64,000 nucleotides of DNA from the human T2T-CHM13v2.0 reference genome, Homo sapiens, in NCBI RefSeq assembly GCF_009914755.1, contig NC_060934.1, one strand, 5' to 3'. Below are positions 17,127 through 35,520 of this stretch, one piece after another. Position numbers and translations under genes: made by a program. Below the pieces are notes generated by a model. That model saw nothing but the letters and a program-made list of their open reading frames with translations. It ran no database searches and had not been told where the DNA came from. The number at the start of each line of letters is the position of its first letter. Position 1 is the first letter of the stretch.

Positions 17127-17420
17127 GGGCTGGGCACAGTGGCTCATGCCTGTAATCCCAGCACTTTCGTAGGCTGAGGCAGGTGGATTGCTTGGGGTCA
17201 GGAGTTCGCGACCATCCTGGCTGACATGGTGAAACCCTGTCTCTACTAAAAATACAAAAATTAGCCAGATATGGTGGTGTTCATCTGTAATCCCAGCTAC
17301 TTGGGAGGCTGAGGCAGGAGAATCGCTTGAACCCAGGAGGCAGAAGTGCTGTGAGCCAAGGTCATGCCACTGCACTCTAGTGTGGGTGACAGAGCGAGAC
17401 TCTGTCTCAAAAAAAAAAAA
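17127..17420 (+). mobile_element. AluS inserted in the tail of a minus-strand FLAM
   Basis: Full dimer with A-tail. Confidence 0.9.
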
Positions 17421-17422
17421 AT

Positions 17423-17543
17423 TGTAGACATGGGGGTCTCAGTATGTTACCCAGACTGGTCTCGAATTCCTGACCTCAAGTGATCCTCCCATCTCAGCCT
17501 ACTAAAGTTCTGGGATTATGGGTGTGAGCAATTGCTCCCAGCC
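17423..17543 (-). mobile_element. FLAM / Alu left monomer
   Basis: Single left arm; flanked by ttagaac repeats near 17091 and 17548. Confidence 0.8.
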
Positions 17544-17722
17544 AACTTTAGAACATTTTATTCTGAGAAAACCTGAGGTAATTTATTTACACATTACAAA
17601 TTTGATAATTCTATACAACCATTTATTAGTCATAATATTTTGGATAGCTTTAGGAGAACTTTGTCAAATCTGAGATTGTTCTTCCTAACACCATTATCAA
17701 TGTGGCTAGATATATGGGCAGC

Positions 17723-18030
17723 TTTATTTTTATTTATTTATTTATTTTGAGACAGAGTCTTGCTGTGTCATCCAGTCTGGAGTGCAGTGGTACGATCTCA
17801 GCTCATCTGCAATCTCTACCTCCTGGGTTCAAGTGATTCCCCTGCCTCAGCCTCCCATGTAGCTGAGACTACAGGCATGTGCCACCACGCCCGGCTAATT
17901 TTTGTATTTTAGTAGAGATGGGGTTTTGCCATGTTGGCCAGGCTGGTCTCAAACTCCTGACCTCGGGTAATCCACCCGCCTTGGCCTCCCAAAGTGCTGG
18001 GATTACTGGCATGAGCCACCGCGCTTGGCC
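17723..18030 (-). mobile_element. AluS
   Basis: TSD tgggcagctttat. Confidence 0.9.
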
Positions 18031-18224
18031 TTCTGGGCAGCTTTATGTGGAAAGTGCTTTATCTCCACACACAGGTGGGACAAGGTGGGACAGAAACCTA
18101 CCTAGTGACTCAGATCTCTATTAAAATGTGACTAAATTTAAATTGTCAAATTTAAAAATAAGAATATTAAGGGTGATTCAGGATCCATTAAGAAATATCA
18201 GAATTCTACATAAAGATAAAAACC

Positions 18225-18520
18225 AGCCAGGCACGATGACTCATGGCTGTAATCTCAGTACTTTGGGAGGCTGAGGCAGGAGGATCACTTGAGCCCAGGA
18301 GTTTGACACCAGCCTGGGCGACAGAGCAAGACCCCATCTCACAAAAAGTTAAAAAAAAAAAGAGCTGAATGTGGTGGCATGCTCCTGTAGTCCTGAATGC
18401 TTGGGAGGCTGAGGCAGGAGGATGGCTTGAGCCCAGGAGGTAAAAGCTGCAGTGAGCCGTGATTGCACCATGCACTCCAGCCTGGGTGACAGAGTAAGAC
18501 CCTGTCTCCAAAAAAATAAT
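18225..18520 (+). mobile_element. AluJ
   Basis: TSD ataaaaacc; J diagnostics. Confidence 0.9.
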
Positions 18521-18847
18521 AAAAACCTATATTTAAAATATCTCAAGACATGACATCCTATAAATAGTCATTTTCTTTGTGTTTAGACTGGGAATGATTT
18601 ATTCATTTTAGGACGCTGAGTAAATTATTTTATATTCAAGGCTACCTAGTGGATGAATTTTCGTGCGCGTCAGAGTCAGGATTTGTTTAATCTGTGACAG
18701 CACCCTCTAATGGTTTCAGTCATGCCTGAAAAATATCTGAGTGAACTTCATGGACTTCTTCTCTGATTGTTCCCCTCAAGTCTGAAATTTTATTAATCAT
18801 ATTTGGAATCAAGCAGACAAAGTGCTCAAGTATTCTGAAAAATAAGA

Positions 18848-18925
18848 GCTTGGTGCGGTGGCTCACATCTGTAGTTCCAGCTATTCAGGAGGCTGAGGCA
18901 GGAGGAATGCTTAAGCACACGAGTT
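18848..18925 (+). mobile_element. Alu monomer fragment
   Basis: gcttggtgcggtggctcacatctgtagttccagcta...ggaggctgaggcaggagg. Confidence 0.7.
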
Positions 18926-19944
18926 ACTTATAAGTAATTCTATAATTTTAGGCAACTTGATTACACATAAAATTTCTTTCATAATATATATCTTCCACAA
19001 ATGTATAACTTTCTTATATTACTTCAGTCCTTTGTCCTATACGTTCCCTCTTTCTCCTTTTGGACCAACCAGTTATTCCACTTCCAAACAAAAATTACTC
19101 ACTTTTTCTCTTAGCCAGAGCACATCTTCCATACCACGTAGCTTCACTTACCAGAAACATGTCTTACTTTCCTTACCATATGAAGTGTTTCTTTTTTTAT
19201 TTCTAGTTTTAATTGCCATATGTTGATTAGAATTTTTGACTCTTAATAACCTTAATTTCTAATGAAAACCTAGGGAAAAGAAATTTTGAACTGTCATACA
19301 TCAACATTTTATGAATATACATTTTATAACTTCCAAAAACATGTGCTCCCTCATGGAACAATTTTTTCATGTTTACCAACAGACTCAAATATATTTAGCT
19401 TCTTTATACCATATAAAAACAAGATGCCAAAGTGTATATAGTTTAAACGTATGTTCAGCAATTAATGTTAATATTTTAACTTAGAAATGACTCAGATATT
19501 TTATGAATGTCTATTAATATTACATGAGATTGAGATTTCAAGTTGCTGAAAAAGATTTTGATAACTATGACAAGTTCATTTATAAAGTTTTATCTCACAT
19601 TTATTTCTTTTGTCCTTAACAATTACACTTAGATTATTCATGAAAATTGAGACATTTGACAGACTTAGCCATCATCTCAAGCTATTTTCCCATGAAGTGT
19701 CTCATAGCACATGCATATTGGGCAAGTATCATTAAAGAAGAGCCCTAAAAATTAAATATATGGGTCCTTATTTTGCTTCTGTGCTTGATATACACAAAGT
19801 AATGAACACTGCGCTGTCCTCTCACTTGCAAATTTATTCTTAGGTCAAACTCATAATTTTATGATCTTAATGGTCTAATAGAAATAAAGATTGTTTCTGC
19901 ATTATATTTAATGCTGGCAATACTGAAGACATGCCTGTTTTCAT

Positions 19945-21825
<1,881 letters not shown>

Positions 21826-21884
21826 TTTAATTAAACCAACAGTATTCTTATTTACCAAATTTTACTGAAGTCATGTGAACTTAA

Positions 21885-22356
<472 letters not shown>

Positions 22357-22982
22357 TGACCTTTATAAATACTTTATCTCACTTTCTTTTTGCCTTAGGG
22401 AAGGGAGAATAACTACATGAAAAGGTTAGCAGATTCAGTTTTTCTCATCTGTTAGTCACTTAAGCTTTCCATTTGCCTTTGTAAGGAGTCTTTTTAAAAA
22501 AGTATAAACATTTTAAAATTCATTTTTGGAAGAGTCTACACATCAATAGACAACCCTTGGTAGGCCCCCTATGAGAGACTCTCATTTTTAAATGCATTTC
22601 TTAAAGTGCAATGTGGTTCATCTGGAATATTCCACATTATGGCCATCATAATTCTAAATTATCTGTAGTATGATTTTGCCATTTTTGTAAGCAGCTTCTG
22701 TGACCTAATATTTACACATGTAAAAGGTAGTCCTATGGAGTATTCAGGTCTTTAGAAATTGAGGATGAAATTTTTAGGTTGAATCTTGGCTCTCTTAGAG
22801 CCAAGATTAAAGCCCGAAGAAAGCACCGTGGGCTTGTGTTGTGTAATGCTTTCATGGCGTACCTCATTGCATGAAAATATCCTTGAAGCTGGTGAGCAAC
22901 CTAATGTTAGCTAGCCCATTCTGTTAGCAGCTTATTTTTTTCATGGAAGTCTTATTTTTTAGTGGAGAGCACTGTAATAGCT

Positions 22983-23262
22983 TTATTTTTTTTGAGAGAC
23001 AGAGTCTCACTCTGTCGCCCAGGCTGGAGTGCAGTGGCACGATCTCAGTTCACAGCAACCTCCGAATCCCAGGTACAAGTGATTCTTCTTTTTCAGCCTT
23101 CCGGGTAGTTGGGATTACAGGTGTGCGCCACCACACTAGGCTAATTTTTGTATTTTTAGTAGAGATAGGGTTTCACCATGTTGGCCAGGCTGGTCTTGAA
23201 CTCTTGACTGCCTCGGCCTCCCAAAGTGCTGGGATTACAGGCATGAGCCACTGCACCCAGCC
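22983..23262 (-). mobile_element. AluS
   Basis: TSD ctgtaatagcttt. Confidence 0.9.
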
Positions 23263-23517
23263 ACAGCTGTAATAGCTTTTAAGTTCTCAAACTGTGCCCA
23301 CCAGTCAGGTTGTAGCTTTGGCTCTGAGATCCCCTTGACCAATTTAGCCAATACTTACCCAGTTTTGTCTGACCCAGTCAGTCCCCTGAGGCCTCCCTTA
23401 CTGAGGCATTCAAGAAAAAGAAAAGAAGAGGAAAGAAACCCAAATACCTAAGATTTTTGAGGAGTTCATGCCTCCTACAATAACTACCATTTATTGCAAC
23501 TGCTGTCAGTTACCTTT

Positions 23518-23592
23518 TTTTTTTTCTTTTTTTCTGAGACGGAGTCTTGCTCTGTCACCCAGGCTAGAGTGCAGTGGCGCGATCTCGGCTCA
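23518..23592 (-). mobile_element. Severely 5'-truncated Alu
   Basis: About 57 bp of Alu 3' end plus tail; TSD cagttaccttt at 23507-23517 and 23593-23603. Confidence 0.85.
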
Positions 23593-24086
23593 CAGTTACC
23601 TTTAAAATTGTAGCTCTTTCATGATCCAGAGCTTCTCCCAAAGATAGCCAAAAGAAAAGAAGACTTAGACAATTCCTTGAGAGCTTGCAGCAGTCAATAC
23701 GCTAGCTGTACATGGGGTACACCCACATTTCTGTCTGGCCATATTCTTGGGGGCTTGACTTAAGACCGAAACAAATAAGCCTCTATGACTTTAGCCAAGA
23801 CATCTCCAAAGTGGGAGCAGAAAGATGCAGCTCTTACCAGTTACTTGTCAGCCACCACAAACCCAAAGGCCAAGTGCCTTCTCATAGCACAAAGAAACTC
23901 TGGATTTGAAAGCCAAAAAAAAACCAGGAGCGCAATGCAAAAGGAGCAGAGTCTGACTTGAGAGAAACTTACTTATGACTCTCAGGGCTCCATGAGGATG
24001 ACAGGAAACCTGAAAAGGGGTCAGTGGTGCTTTTCCTGCATCCATTCCTCAAAGGGTCTTGGGGGGTGATCAGCAGTGTACTCTGG

Positions 24087-24104
24087 GTCCCTTCGGGGTC
24101 GCCA
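24087..24104 (-). other. Retroviral primer-binding site, tRNA-Arg(TCG) type
   Basis: + strand gtcccttcggggtcgcca is 17/18 identical to the tRNA-Arg(TCG) 3' end GTCCCTTCGTGGTCGCCA as recalled; directly adjacent to the LTR. Confidence 0.75.
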
Positions 24105-24107
24105 GAA

Positions 24108-24947
<840 letters not shown>

Positions 24948-25188
24948 TAGCTATAAATCACAAGAAATAAGAATAGAAATTGATTTAGCAGAGAGGAAAA
25001 GGGTGATATTAACAGCTAATTGCCTAAGGTTTGTGGGATACCAATACAAAGTTTGCCCACTTGCTCTGCAGCCCAGAGGAACTGAAGGCACTGGCTTCCA
25101 TGGAGATGGTGGCACAGGCCCGGGGCTGAAAACGGAGGAACTGTGTCTGTCGGAAGAACACTTTGACTTCAAAGCCTAGTGAATCCCC

Positions 25189-25850
<662 letters not shown>

Positions 25851-26574
25851 ATCCCTTTTCCCACTCCCCAGGCGATGAGTAGGGTAAGGAGGATAAAGCA
25901 GCAGAAGGTCAAAATGAATGGTGGACAGAAAAAAGGGATTCCCTGGAAGTTGTCTTGCTAAAAGGTGAAGATCCCAGGCCACTTCTGTAGTCCTGAGGCC
26001 TTTCACGGTCAGCTCTCAGGCACAGCGCAGATGAGTTGTTCCTTCTTGGAACTGCTGTAAAACATCCATAGAATGCCTTTTATTAATCATGAGGGTGGAA
26101 AAAAGGGTGTGCCAGATAATTCATGGGAAGATCCTCTTGAAATTAATGTGTACTGCTCCATAATGGAGAGGTCAAGCAGAAATATTGCCAAAGTTCTAGA
26201 CGTTGTTAAGTCCCTTATTGTGGTTCATCTTGCTACCTAAGGAATAGGTGGTTTGTTTGCAATCCTTGCAAACCTTTGCAGTATCTACAGCAATACCAGA
26301 GATGATGTTTATGACACGCCATGAGCTTCTTGAAGGTAGATAGGTATCTAATTCAGCTTTACATTTCCTGGTCCAGGGACAGAGGCTGTCCACAACTGGT
26401 ACTAAAAACGTGAATTCTGATGTTTGCAAGTGGCTTTTTCTCTCCCATGCATTATTATCATAACTACTTGGGAAATAATTTGTGGTATTTGAAAAGCAAT
26501 TTGGAAATTTTAGAGGTAACCAAACCCCTTTTAACCTTACCTTTGTATACAAAAGCACATTTATGTTATATTTT

Positions 26575-27240
26575 CATCCTCTGGTATCTGTGAGGATTGG
26601 TTCCAGGATGTCCCTCAGATACCAAAATCTGCAGCTACACAAGTCCTTGATATAAAATGGTTTAGTATTTGCATATAACCTATGCACATTACTTACATAT
26701 ACCTTATTATATTTTTATTATTTTCTTTTGTTTTTTTTGGAGATGGAGTTTCACTCTTGTTGCCAGGCTGGAGTGCAATGTCACAGTCTCGGCCCACTGT
26801 AACCTCCGTCTCCTAGGTTCAAGCTATTCTCCTGCCTCAGCCTCCTGAGTAGCTCCCGCCACCACACCCAGCTAATTTTTGTATTTTTAGTAGAGATGGG
26901 GTTTCACCATGCTGGCCAGGCTGGTCTTGATTTCCTGACCTCAGTTGATCCACCCACCTCCGCCTCCCAAAGTGCTGGGATTACAGGCGTTGAACCATCA
27001 TGCCCGGCCCTTCACATATAGTTTAAATCATCTCTAGATTACTTATAATACCTCATACAATGCAAATGCAATGTAAATAGTTATGATCAGGCATTGTTTA
27101 GGGAATAGTGACAAGCAAGTAAAAGTCTGTACATGTTCAGTGCAGACACAATTTTTTTTTGAATAGTTTTGATCTGCAATCAGTTGAATCCATGAATGCA
27201 GAACGCATGGAACCCACAGGACCCACGGATATGGAGTATG
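26575..27240 (+). mobile_element. MER2 (Tigger MITE), interrupted by an Alu
   Basis: ggattggttccagga...gataccaaaatc...aagtccttgatataaaatgg...tttaaatcatctctagattacttataata. Confidence 0.85.
26712..27010 (-). mobile_element. AluS
   Basis: Full dimer. Confidence 0.9.
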
Positions 27241-28139
27241 TTTGTGTGTGTGTGCATTAGATCTTGGCAAAAATCCATTTGTAGATAAGAAAAGTGAAGT
27301 TTGTAAAATTTGATGATTATCAGGACTAGATCACAGATACTGTGCTTCTCTTTTACTTCATTATGCTAGCATGAGTTTAAAAATGCAAATTCTGTGATTA
27401 CTTAAGCATCAATTCTGAAATGCTTAAAAGTTGCATTTAAACTGCAGAGCATGTTGTTGCCCGACACTAATAGAATTTTCTTTGAAAGGCAGTGCCAGAT
27501 AATTTCCACTGGATATTAATAAGGTGAGTAAAAAGTGTTTAAATAAGCCACCCTTGAGTTTTGCATTGGTTTCTGAAGGAGAAACAGATATAAGGAGTCT
27601 GTCAGAACAACAGCAGCAAAAGTTTGAGACATTGCTTTTGTGTGGAAAAAAATCCTCCTTGCTGTGCAGAAATCTCTAGAAATGTTGCACTCTGGGGTTT
27701 GAGAGGCTGAGATAATGCAATAAAAAAGAAGCTTGCTTTCTTAAGAAACCTGGGCTGAAAACCAATGAGGCAAGAATAGTGCCAAGGTTCAGCCACGTTT
27801 TGACCTCACTTGCCCACCTGTATTCAGATTGTGCAGTCATGAAGGGAAATGAGTTTGTCTCTCTATGCCTGTTGGACATTTGTCTCCACAACAAGCTCAC
27901 TCAGTGATATAAAGGCAAGGATCCTGTGTATCAAGCCATGTCCAAATGTGGTTTTCTAATCAGTGTAAGAGCCCGAGACCCTGGTATGAGAATTGACTAG
28001 ATAATTCTCCAGACTAATTGTTGTCAATACTTATATATATTTAATTACTTAATTTATATACCACCATGTTCCACAAATAATATGAAGCAACTTAATTATG
28101 ATATTTATGTAGTTATTGACATTTCATGTGTTTTAGCAG

Positions 28140-28400
28140 GTTTTTTGTTAAGTTCAAACAACGAGCCTCTGAGGTCAGTATGAACAGTCCATTTTTACAG
28201 CAGGAGGAACTATAGTTCATATAGATTAATTGAGTTGCTTTGCTATGAGGTAGTTATTAATATTGTCTTCCTACGGGTAGGAAAGTAAAGCTTAAAGGAA
28301 AGAAGTAAATTGTTAAAGAAGACACACATGATTTGAGGTGCTTCTGAGAGGTAGGATTTCCTTTCAAATCTACTGACCTGAAAGACTGTCCTTAACCCCT
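28140..28400 (-). mobile_element. MIR fragments
   Basis: ccatttttacagcaggaggaact and degenerate MIR core. Confidence 0.45.
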
Positions 28401-28725
28401 ATGGTATCCTACCTTCTCAAAATGGAACCCAGTTGCTCTTCTGTTGGTTTTAGCCATTAAAAAAAAAGAGTCATTCTGTTGATTCATGTTTCTAAACATG
28501 ATGTTTTAGAACAGGGATGCAATTTACAGTTAATTTCAAATTATTTTGGCAATATGAGACACTCCATTTTTATTTCTAAAATATTAGTCCATCCAGAGAA
28601 TTATGCTTGCATTTACTCATATGATTTTATCCAATAAATACAAGGAGAAAGTTAACCGCAGTAGAAAAACCTCTGCTGTCTTATTTGTGGAGAAATCCTA
28701 AGTTGGTTTGAATTAGGAGTCCTAA

Positions 28726-29039
<314 letters not shown>

Positions 29040-29061
29040 TAAGAAGGGATTAGAGTATTAA

Positions 29062-29386
<325 letters not shown>

Positions 29387-29389
29387 AAC

Positions 29390-29441
29390 TGCCATTACTG
29401 TCAATGGCAAAAACTGCAGTTACTTTTGCACCAACCTGATA
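29390..29441. mobile_element. MADE1 (Hsmar1 MITE), one complete TIR only
   Basis: gccattactgtcaatggcaaaaactgcagttacttttgcaccaacctgata. Confidence 0.8.
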
Positions 29442-30064
29442 AGAAATTGTAAGAAGTGACAAGGGAAACTTAATATTGGATGCTATCCCTTTTGAAATCT
29501 GAAGTTCTTTTGGTGGAGACTAAAAGCTAAGGTCGCTTTGAGAGACATTTTCTGAGAGCTATTTACCATGTATATAGTCAAAGTAAATAATTGAATGAGG
29601 TGTCTGCTTTTTGCTGAATACTATGTAACCATAAATATTATTCTAACAGCTATTGCTCCTTGCTATATAAGATTATTAGACTAAGAGACAGATATAAATG
29701 AGCCTGGAACTCTGCAGCTCAGCCCCCCACGTCCTCTAAGGGTTGCTCGAACCTAGCCTCTGTCCTTCTCTTTCTGGGGTGGGGTTGGTGGTCCTTGCAA
29801 TTTTATGCAAACTGCCATTTATCTTCTTTGTTTTATTGATGTCAGGGGTGTCAGCTTTGAAATGCTCACTGAAGGGGTCCTCTAAGAATCTAAAGCCTGG
29901 AGCTAATGGCAGTGCTGCACTAATGCTCTTGTGGACATGGTGAGCATTTCTCTGCGGCCCAGTTGCTGATGTTACCTGGGCAAGGTGCCTCTTTGTGGGT
30001 GGCTGAGATCAGCCACTGGGCTGGCATAATTCAGACTCCTGCAACAGGTGACAGCCTTTATCTA

Positions 30065-30362
30065 TTTTTTTTTTTTTTTTTTGCCATGGAGTCTCGCTCT
30101 GTCCCCCAGGCTGGAGTGCAGTGGTGTGATCTTGGCTCACTGCAATCTCTGCCTCCCAGATTCTCCTGCCTCAGCCTCCTGAATAGCTGGGATTACAGGC
30201 CCATGCTCGCAGGCCTGGACAATTTTTTTTTTTTTTGTATTTTTAGTAGAGACAAGGTTTCACCATGTTGTTCAGGCTGGTCTCGAACTCTTGACCTCAT
30301 GATCCATCTGCCTTGGCCTACCAAAGTGCTGGGATTACAGGCTTGAGCCACCATGCCTGGCC
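30065..30362 (-). mobile_element. AluS
   Basis: Full dimer; TSD-like cctttat/cctttaa. Confidence 0.9.
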
Positions 30363-30742
30363 TCCTTTAACCTTTTTTATACACTTGCATTCTGCTCTGT
30401 AAATGGTTTTTAGGATGGAAAATTAATCCTCCAGTCTCAGCATGTGTACTTGAACCATTCTCACAGTCTTCATCTCTGATTGAGATCTTTCCATCTTGCA
30501 TCAGCTCCACTTCTTTTCTGGAACTCAGTCTTTTATTATTTTTATATTTTTTGGCCAATCATCTCCCTGGGATTCTGCCAACAGATGAGATGTAGGTCTT
30601 CTCAAAGCTTTTACAACAAGTAGGTGACTAGCTTTTTACTTCCTAATATACAATGTAGACTTTTGCAAGTATGTTGTGAATAATTAAATTGAGAGTATTC
30701 CACAATCATTAGGGAAAAAATTAAGTGTAAAAACATAAACAT

Positions 30743-33700
30743 TGGTGGTGTTTGACCCGTTGGTCTGATGTGAATCCAAGGAAACGAAAGGAAGAGGTTC
30801 CGAGTAGCAGTTGCTGAAATGTTCTGATGTGGAGGCCTTGTGGTGGGTGCTTTGAAGCAGAAGCTGGTGCCCTTGGTGCAGATGGTGTGTGTCTGCAGCC
30901 TGAGGCAGAGGAACTGGCTTCTAAGCAACTTGTTCCAGCACTGGGGTGTTCCTCTAGAACTCCAGATGACATGACAAATGGCTAGCTCTGGTGCACCAGG
31001 AGGCAGAGTAGATAATTCTGTGTAAGTCCTTATTGTGGGCTTATCAACAGCAGGAGCTGGTGCATATGCCTGCAAGACTATAAAGGATAACCAAAAAAGA
31101 TATAATGAAAGAATGCTAGGGTTAGGGCTGACATCAGAAGAGAAGCAAAAAAGGGCCACATTATCTGCTCTAGATGGAGAGCCAGTTCCTCAAGGCAGCT
31201 TGCCAAATCATGTCCCTTTCCTGCTAACTGGCGGAAGAACTGCTGTTTTTGCTGCAGCCGAAGCCACCTGGGTTCGGGATCCTGGGACCGGGGTCCTCAT
31301 TATGTCTGAAGATCCTGAGCTGCCATACATGTGATCTCCTCTTTGAAAAGAACCATGGTACAAAAGTTGACAAATGGGACCTAATTAAACTAAAGAGCAT
31401 CTGTACAGCAACAACAACAACAACAACAACAAACTATCAACAGAGTAAACAGCCTACTGAAAGAGAGAACATATTTGCAAACTGTTCATCTAACAAAGGT
31501 CTAATATCTAGAATCTATAAGGAACTTACACAAATTTACAAGCAATAAACAACCCCATTTAAAAAATGGACAAAGGAATGAATAGAGAGTTTTCAAAAGA
31601 AGACACAGCCAACAAGCATATGAGAAAATGCTCAACATCATTAATTATTAGAGAAATGCAAATCAAAACCACAATGAGATCCCATCTCACACCAGTCAGA
31701 ATGACTATTACTAAAAAGTCAAAAAATAACAGATGCTGGTGAGATTGCTGAGAAAGGGAATGCTTATACACTGTTGATGGGAGTGCAAATTAGTTCAACC
31801 AGTGTGGAAAGCAGTTTGGTGATTTCTGAAAGAACTTAAAATAGAATTACCATTCAAGCCAGCAATCCTATTAATGAGTATATACCCAAAGGAATATAAA
31901 CCATTCCACCATGAAGACACATGCACGTGTATGTTCATTGCAGCACTATTCACAATAGCAAAGATATGGAATCAACCCAAATGCCCATCAGTGGTAGACT
32001 GGATAAAGAAAATGTGGTACATATACATACACCATAGAGTATTACATAGCCATAAAAAGAATGAAATCATGTCCTTTGCAGCAACATGGATGGAGCTAGA
32101 GGTCACTATCCTAAGTGAACTAACACAGGAACAGAAAACCAAATACCACATATTCTCACTTATAAGTGGGAGCTAAACATTGAGTACAAATGAACAAAAA
32201 GAACAGAATAATGCACACTGGGGCCTACTTGAAGGTAGAGGGTGGGAGGAGGGTGAGGATTGAAAAACTAACTATCAGGTACTATGCTCATTACTTGAGT
32301 GATGAAATAATCTGTACACCAAACCTCTGTGACATCCAATTTACCTATGTAACAAACCTGCACGTGTACCCTTGAACCTAAAATAAAAGTGAAAAACAAA
32401 CAAAAATTCCAAAAGAACTGTGGTTTTCAGATGACTCAGATGTCACAAAGACAGTGTGATTCAGACAGTGGAATGGAAAAAGAGAGAAGCATGTATTTCC
32501 AGCCACCTCTTTCTGTGTCTCTGCCTAGGACTTGCCTCACATTGAGAATGGTGTTGTGGCCATCCTCACGAGGTAGAAGATGGTATAGCTGAAAGTGAGA
32601 GGCAACACAGTGAAACTTAATGATGGCTCCCAAATAGCCTATGAAAACTGCTTGATTGCAACAAGAGGTCCTCCAAGAAGTCTGTCTGAAATTGATGAAG
32701 CTGGATCAGAGGTGAAGAGCAGAGCAACACTCTCTAGAAAGATTGGAGATTCTAGGACTCTGGAGAAGATTTCATGGAAGTCAAGTCAATTATGGTTATC
32801 GGTGGGGGCTTGCTTGGTGGTGAACTGGCCTGTGCTCTTGGCAGAAAGGGTTGGAGCCTTGGGCACAGAAGTGATTCACCTGTTTTCTGAGAAGGGAAAT
32901 ATGGGAAAGGTCTTCTGCAAATCCCTCTGCAACTGAACCGTGGAAAAAGTCAGACGAGAGGGGGTTAAGATGATACCCATTGCCGTTGTGCAACCGGTTG
33001 GAGTCAGCAGTGGCAAGTTACTCATCACATTGAAAGATGGTGGGAAGGTAGAAACTGACCACATAGCAGCAGCCGTGAGCCTGAAGCCCAGTGCTGAGTT
33101 GGCCGAGAACTGGTGGGCTGGAAATAGGCCCAGATTTTGGTGGCTTCTGGGTAAATGTAGAGCTATACTCATGCCTAAACATCTGGGTGGCAGGAGATGC
33201 TGCATGCTTCTATGATATAAATCTGGGGAGGAGGCGGTTAGAGCACCATGATCAAGCTTTTGTGAGCAGAAGATTGGCTGGAGAAAATATGACTGGAGCT
33301 GCTAAGCCGTATTGGCATCAGTCAGTGTGCTGGAATGATTTGAGCCCTGATGCTGGCTATGAAGCTATTGGCCCACAGTTGGTGTTTTTGCAAAAGCAGC
33401 TGTGCAAGACAACCCAAAATCTGCCAAAGAGCAATCAGGAGCTGTTATCTGCTCAGAGAGTGAAACACGGTACGAGGTCTCAGAAATTACTCTTCCTCCT
33501 AGAACCCCTGCAGTTCCAAGGCTCCTCTCCAGGGAGAAGACTACGGCAAAGGTGACATTTTTGATCCCAGGGACAAAGTGGTCATGGGGCTCATGCTATA
33601 TGGAACATCTTTAACCGAATGCCGATAGCAAGGAAGACCACTGAGGATGGTGAGCAACTTGAAGATCTCAATGAAGTGGCCAAACTATTCAACATTCATG

Positions 33701-33910
33701 AAAACTGAAGCCCACAGTGGAATAGACAAGCCCTTCAGTGTCCCTGAGAGTGGGTTGCATGGGTAAAGGAGCATTTTTTTTTAATTCAGCAAACTTTCTC
33801 TGTGTATATAAATGTGAATAATCAAGTCTCTTGTGAATGTTTTCAACCATGTAGGCAAATTCTTAATTTTCACATCATGAAAAAAATCTGATTCTTCTAA
33901 AAAAAATTAA
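30743..33910 (+). pseudogene. AIFM1P1: Processed pseudogene of AIFM1 (apoptosis-inducing factor, mitochondrial flavoprotein)
   Basis: Intronless 5'UTR, CDS (ATG 30819; stop-equivalent TGA 33706-33708) and 3'UTR with A-remnant near 33899. Translated pieces match AIF: [100 protein letters not shown]. Stop at codon 3, several frameshifts and an L1 insertion. 5' boundary uncertain. The symbol assumes this is the known human chr10 copy or its orthologue. Confidence 0.95.
31360..32410 (+). mobile_element. 5'-truncated older L1PA (about L1PA13-16) inserted into the AIFM1 pseudogene
   Basis: ORF2 C-terminal remnants ([12 protein letters not shown]; MFIAALFTIAKIWNQPKCPS), old-L1PA 3'UTR, aataaa and A-rich tail; TSD 31346-31359 / 32411-32424. 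Confidence 0.9.
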
Positions 33911-34559
33911 AGAATTAGGAATTAGACATTAAACCTTAAACAATAAAACACTTCACAAAAAAATGACATAAAAATGTAGGGGTGACCGAGATAACATTTC
34001 ACAAGCATTTCTTGTAAACCACATAGTTTTAGGCTTATTCCCAGGCATGTTGGAAATTTGAGTGATTCACATATAATGTCTTTAAAATGGCCATTGGCCT
34101 ATTTTACTCAGAATATGTTGAATGCAGCTCTTGCCTAAAGATTGGGAAACAGATATGCATTGTGAGTGTTGTGTGAGAACCTTCCGTGGGCTTTTGAAGA
34201 AACACTGTTCCCAGTATTGACTTTACTTTTGGAATCTAGGACACAGCTGAAATTGCTTAGTGCCAATGACTGGCTGTCTCATCTGGAGTAATCTTTCTCT
34301 CGATCTTTTTTGGCCTAATAGATATTTCAGTCTCACACATTTGCCAGACTTCTGCTTTGTTTGCTTCTCACTGTTTCCTTGAAGAGAACTGATAGTTCAC
34401 TGGAATGAGAAAATAAAAACAAAATAACAAACTTTACTTTCTAAAACAATAGTGTTTTAGAACTAAGATTGCAGCTTAACGTGAGATAAAATAGACTTGT
34501 TCATCTAATAAACTTTGGAGCCCTTAGTATATATCCAGACATTACCTAATTTAGCATTG

Positions 34560-35519
<960 letters not shown>

Positions 35520-35520
<1 letters not shown>

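Noticed and set aside
30611-31159. 182-aa minus-strand ORF
   Set aside because: Antisense shadow of the AIFM1 pseudogene; no independent coding evidence.
30700-33960. TSD for the AIFM1 retrocopy
   Set aside because: Only a weak aaaaaattaa match in A-rich flanks; not convincing, so the 5' boundary is left approximate.
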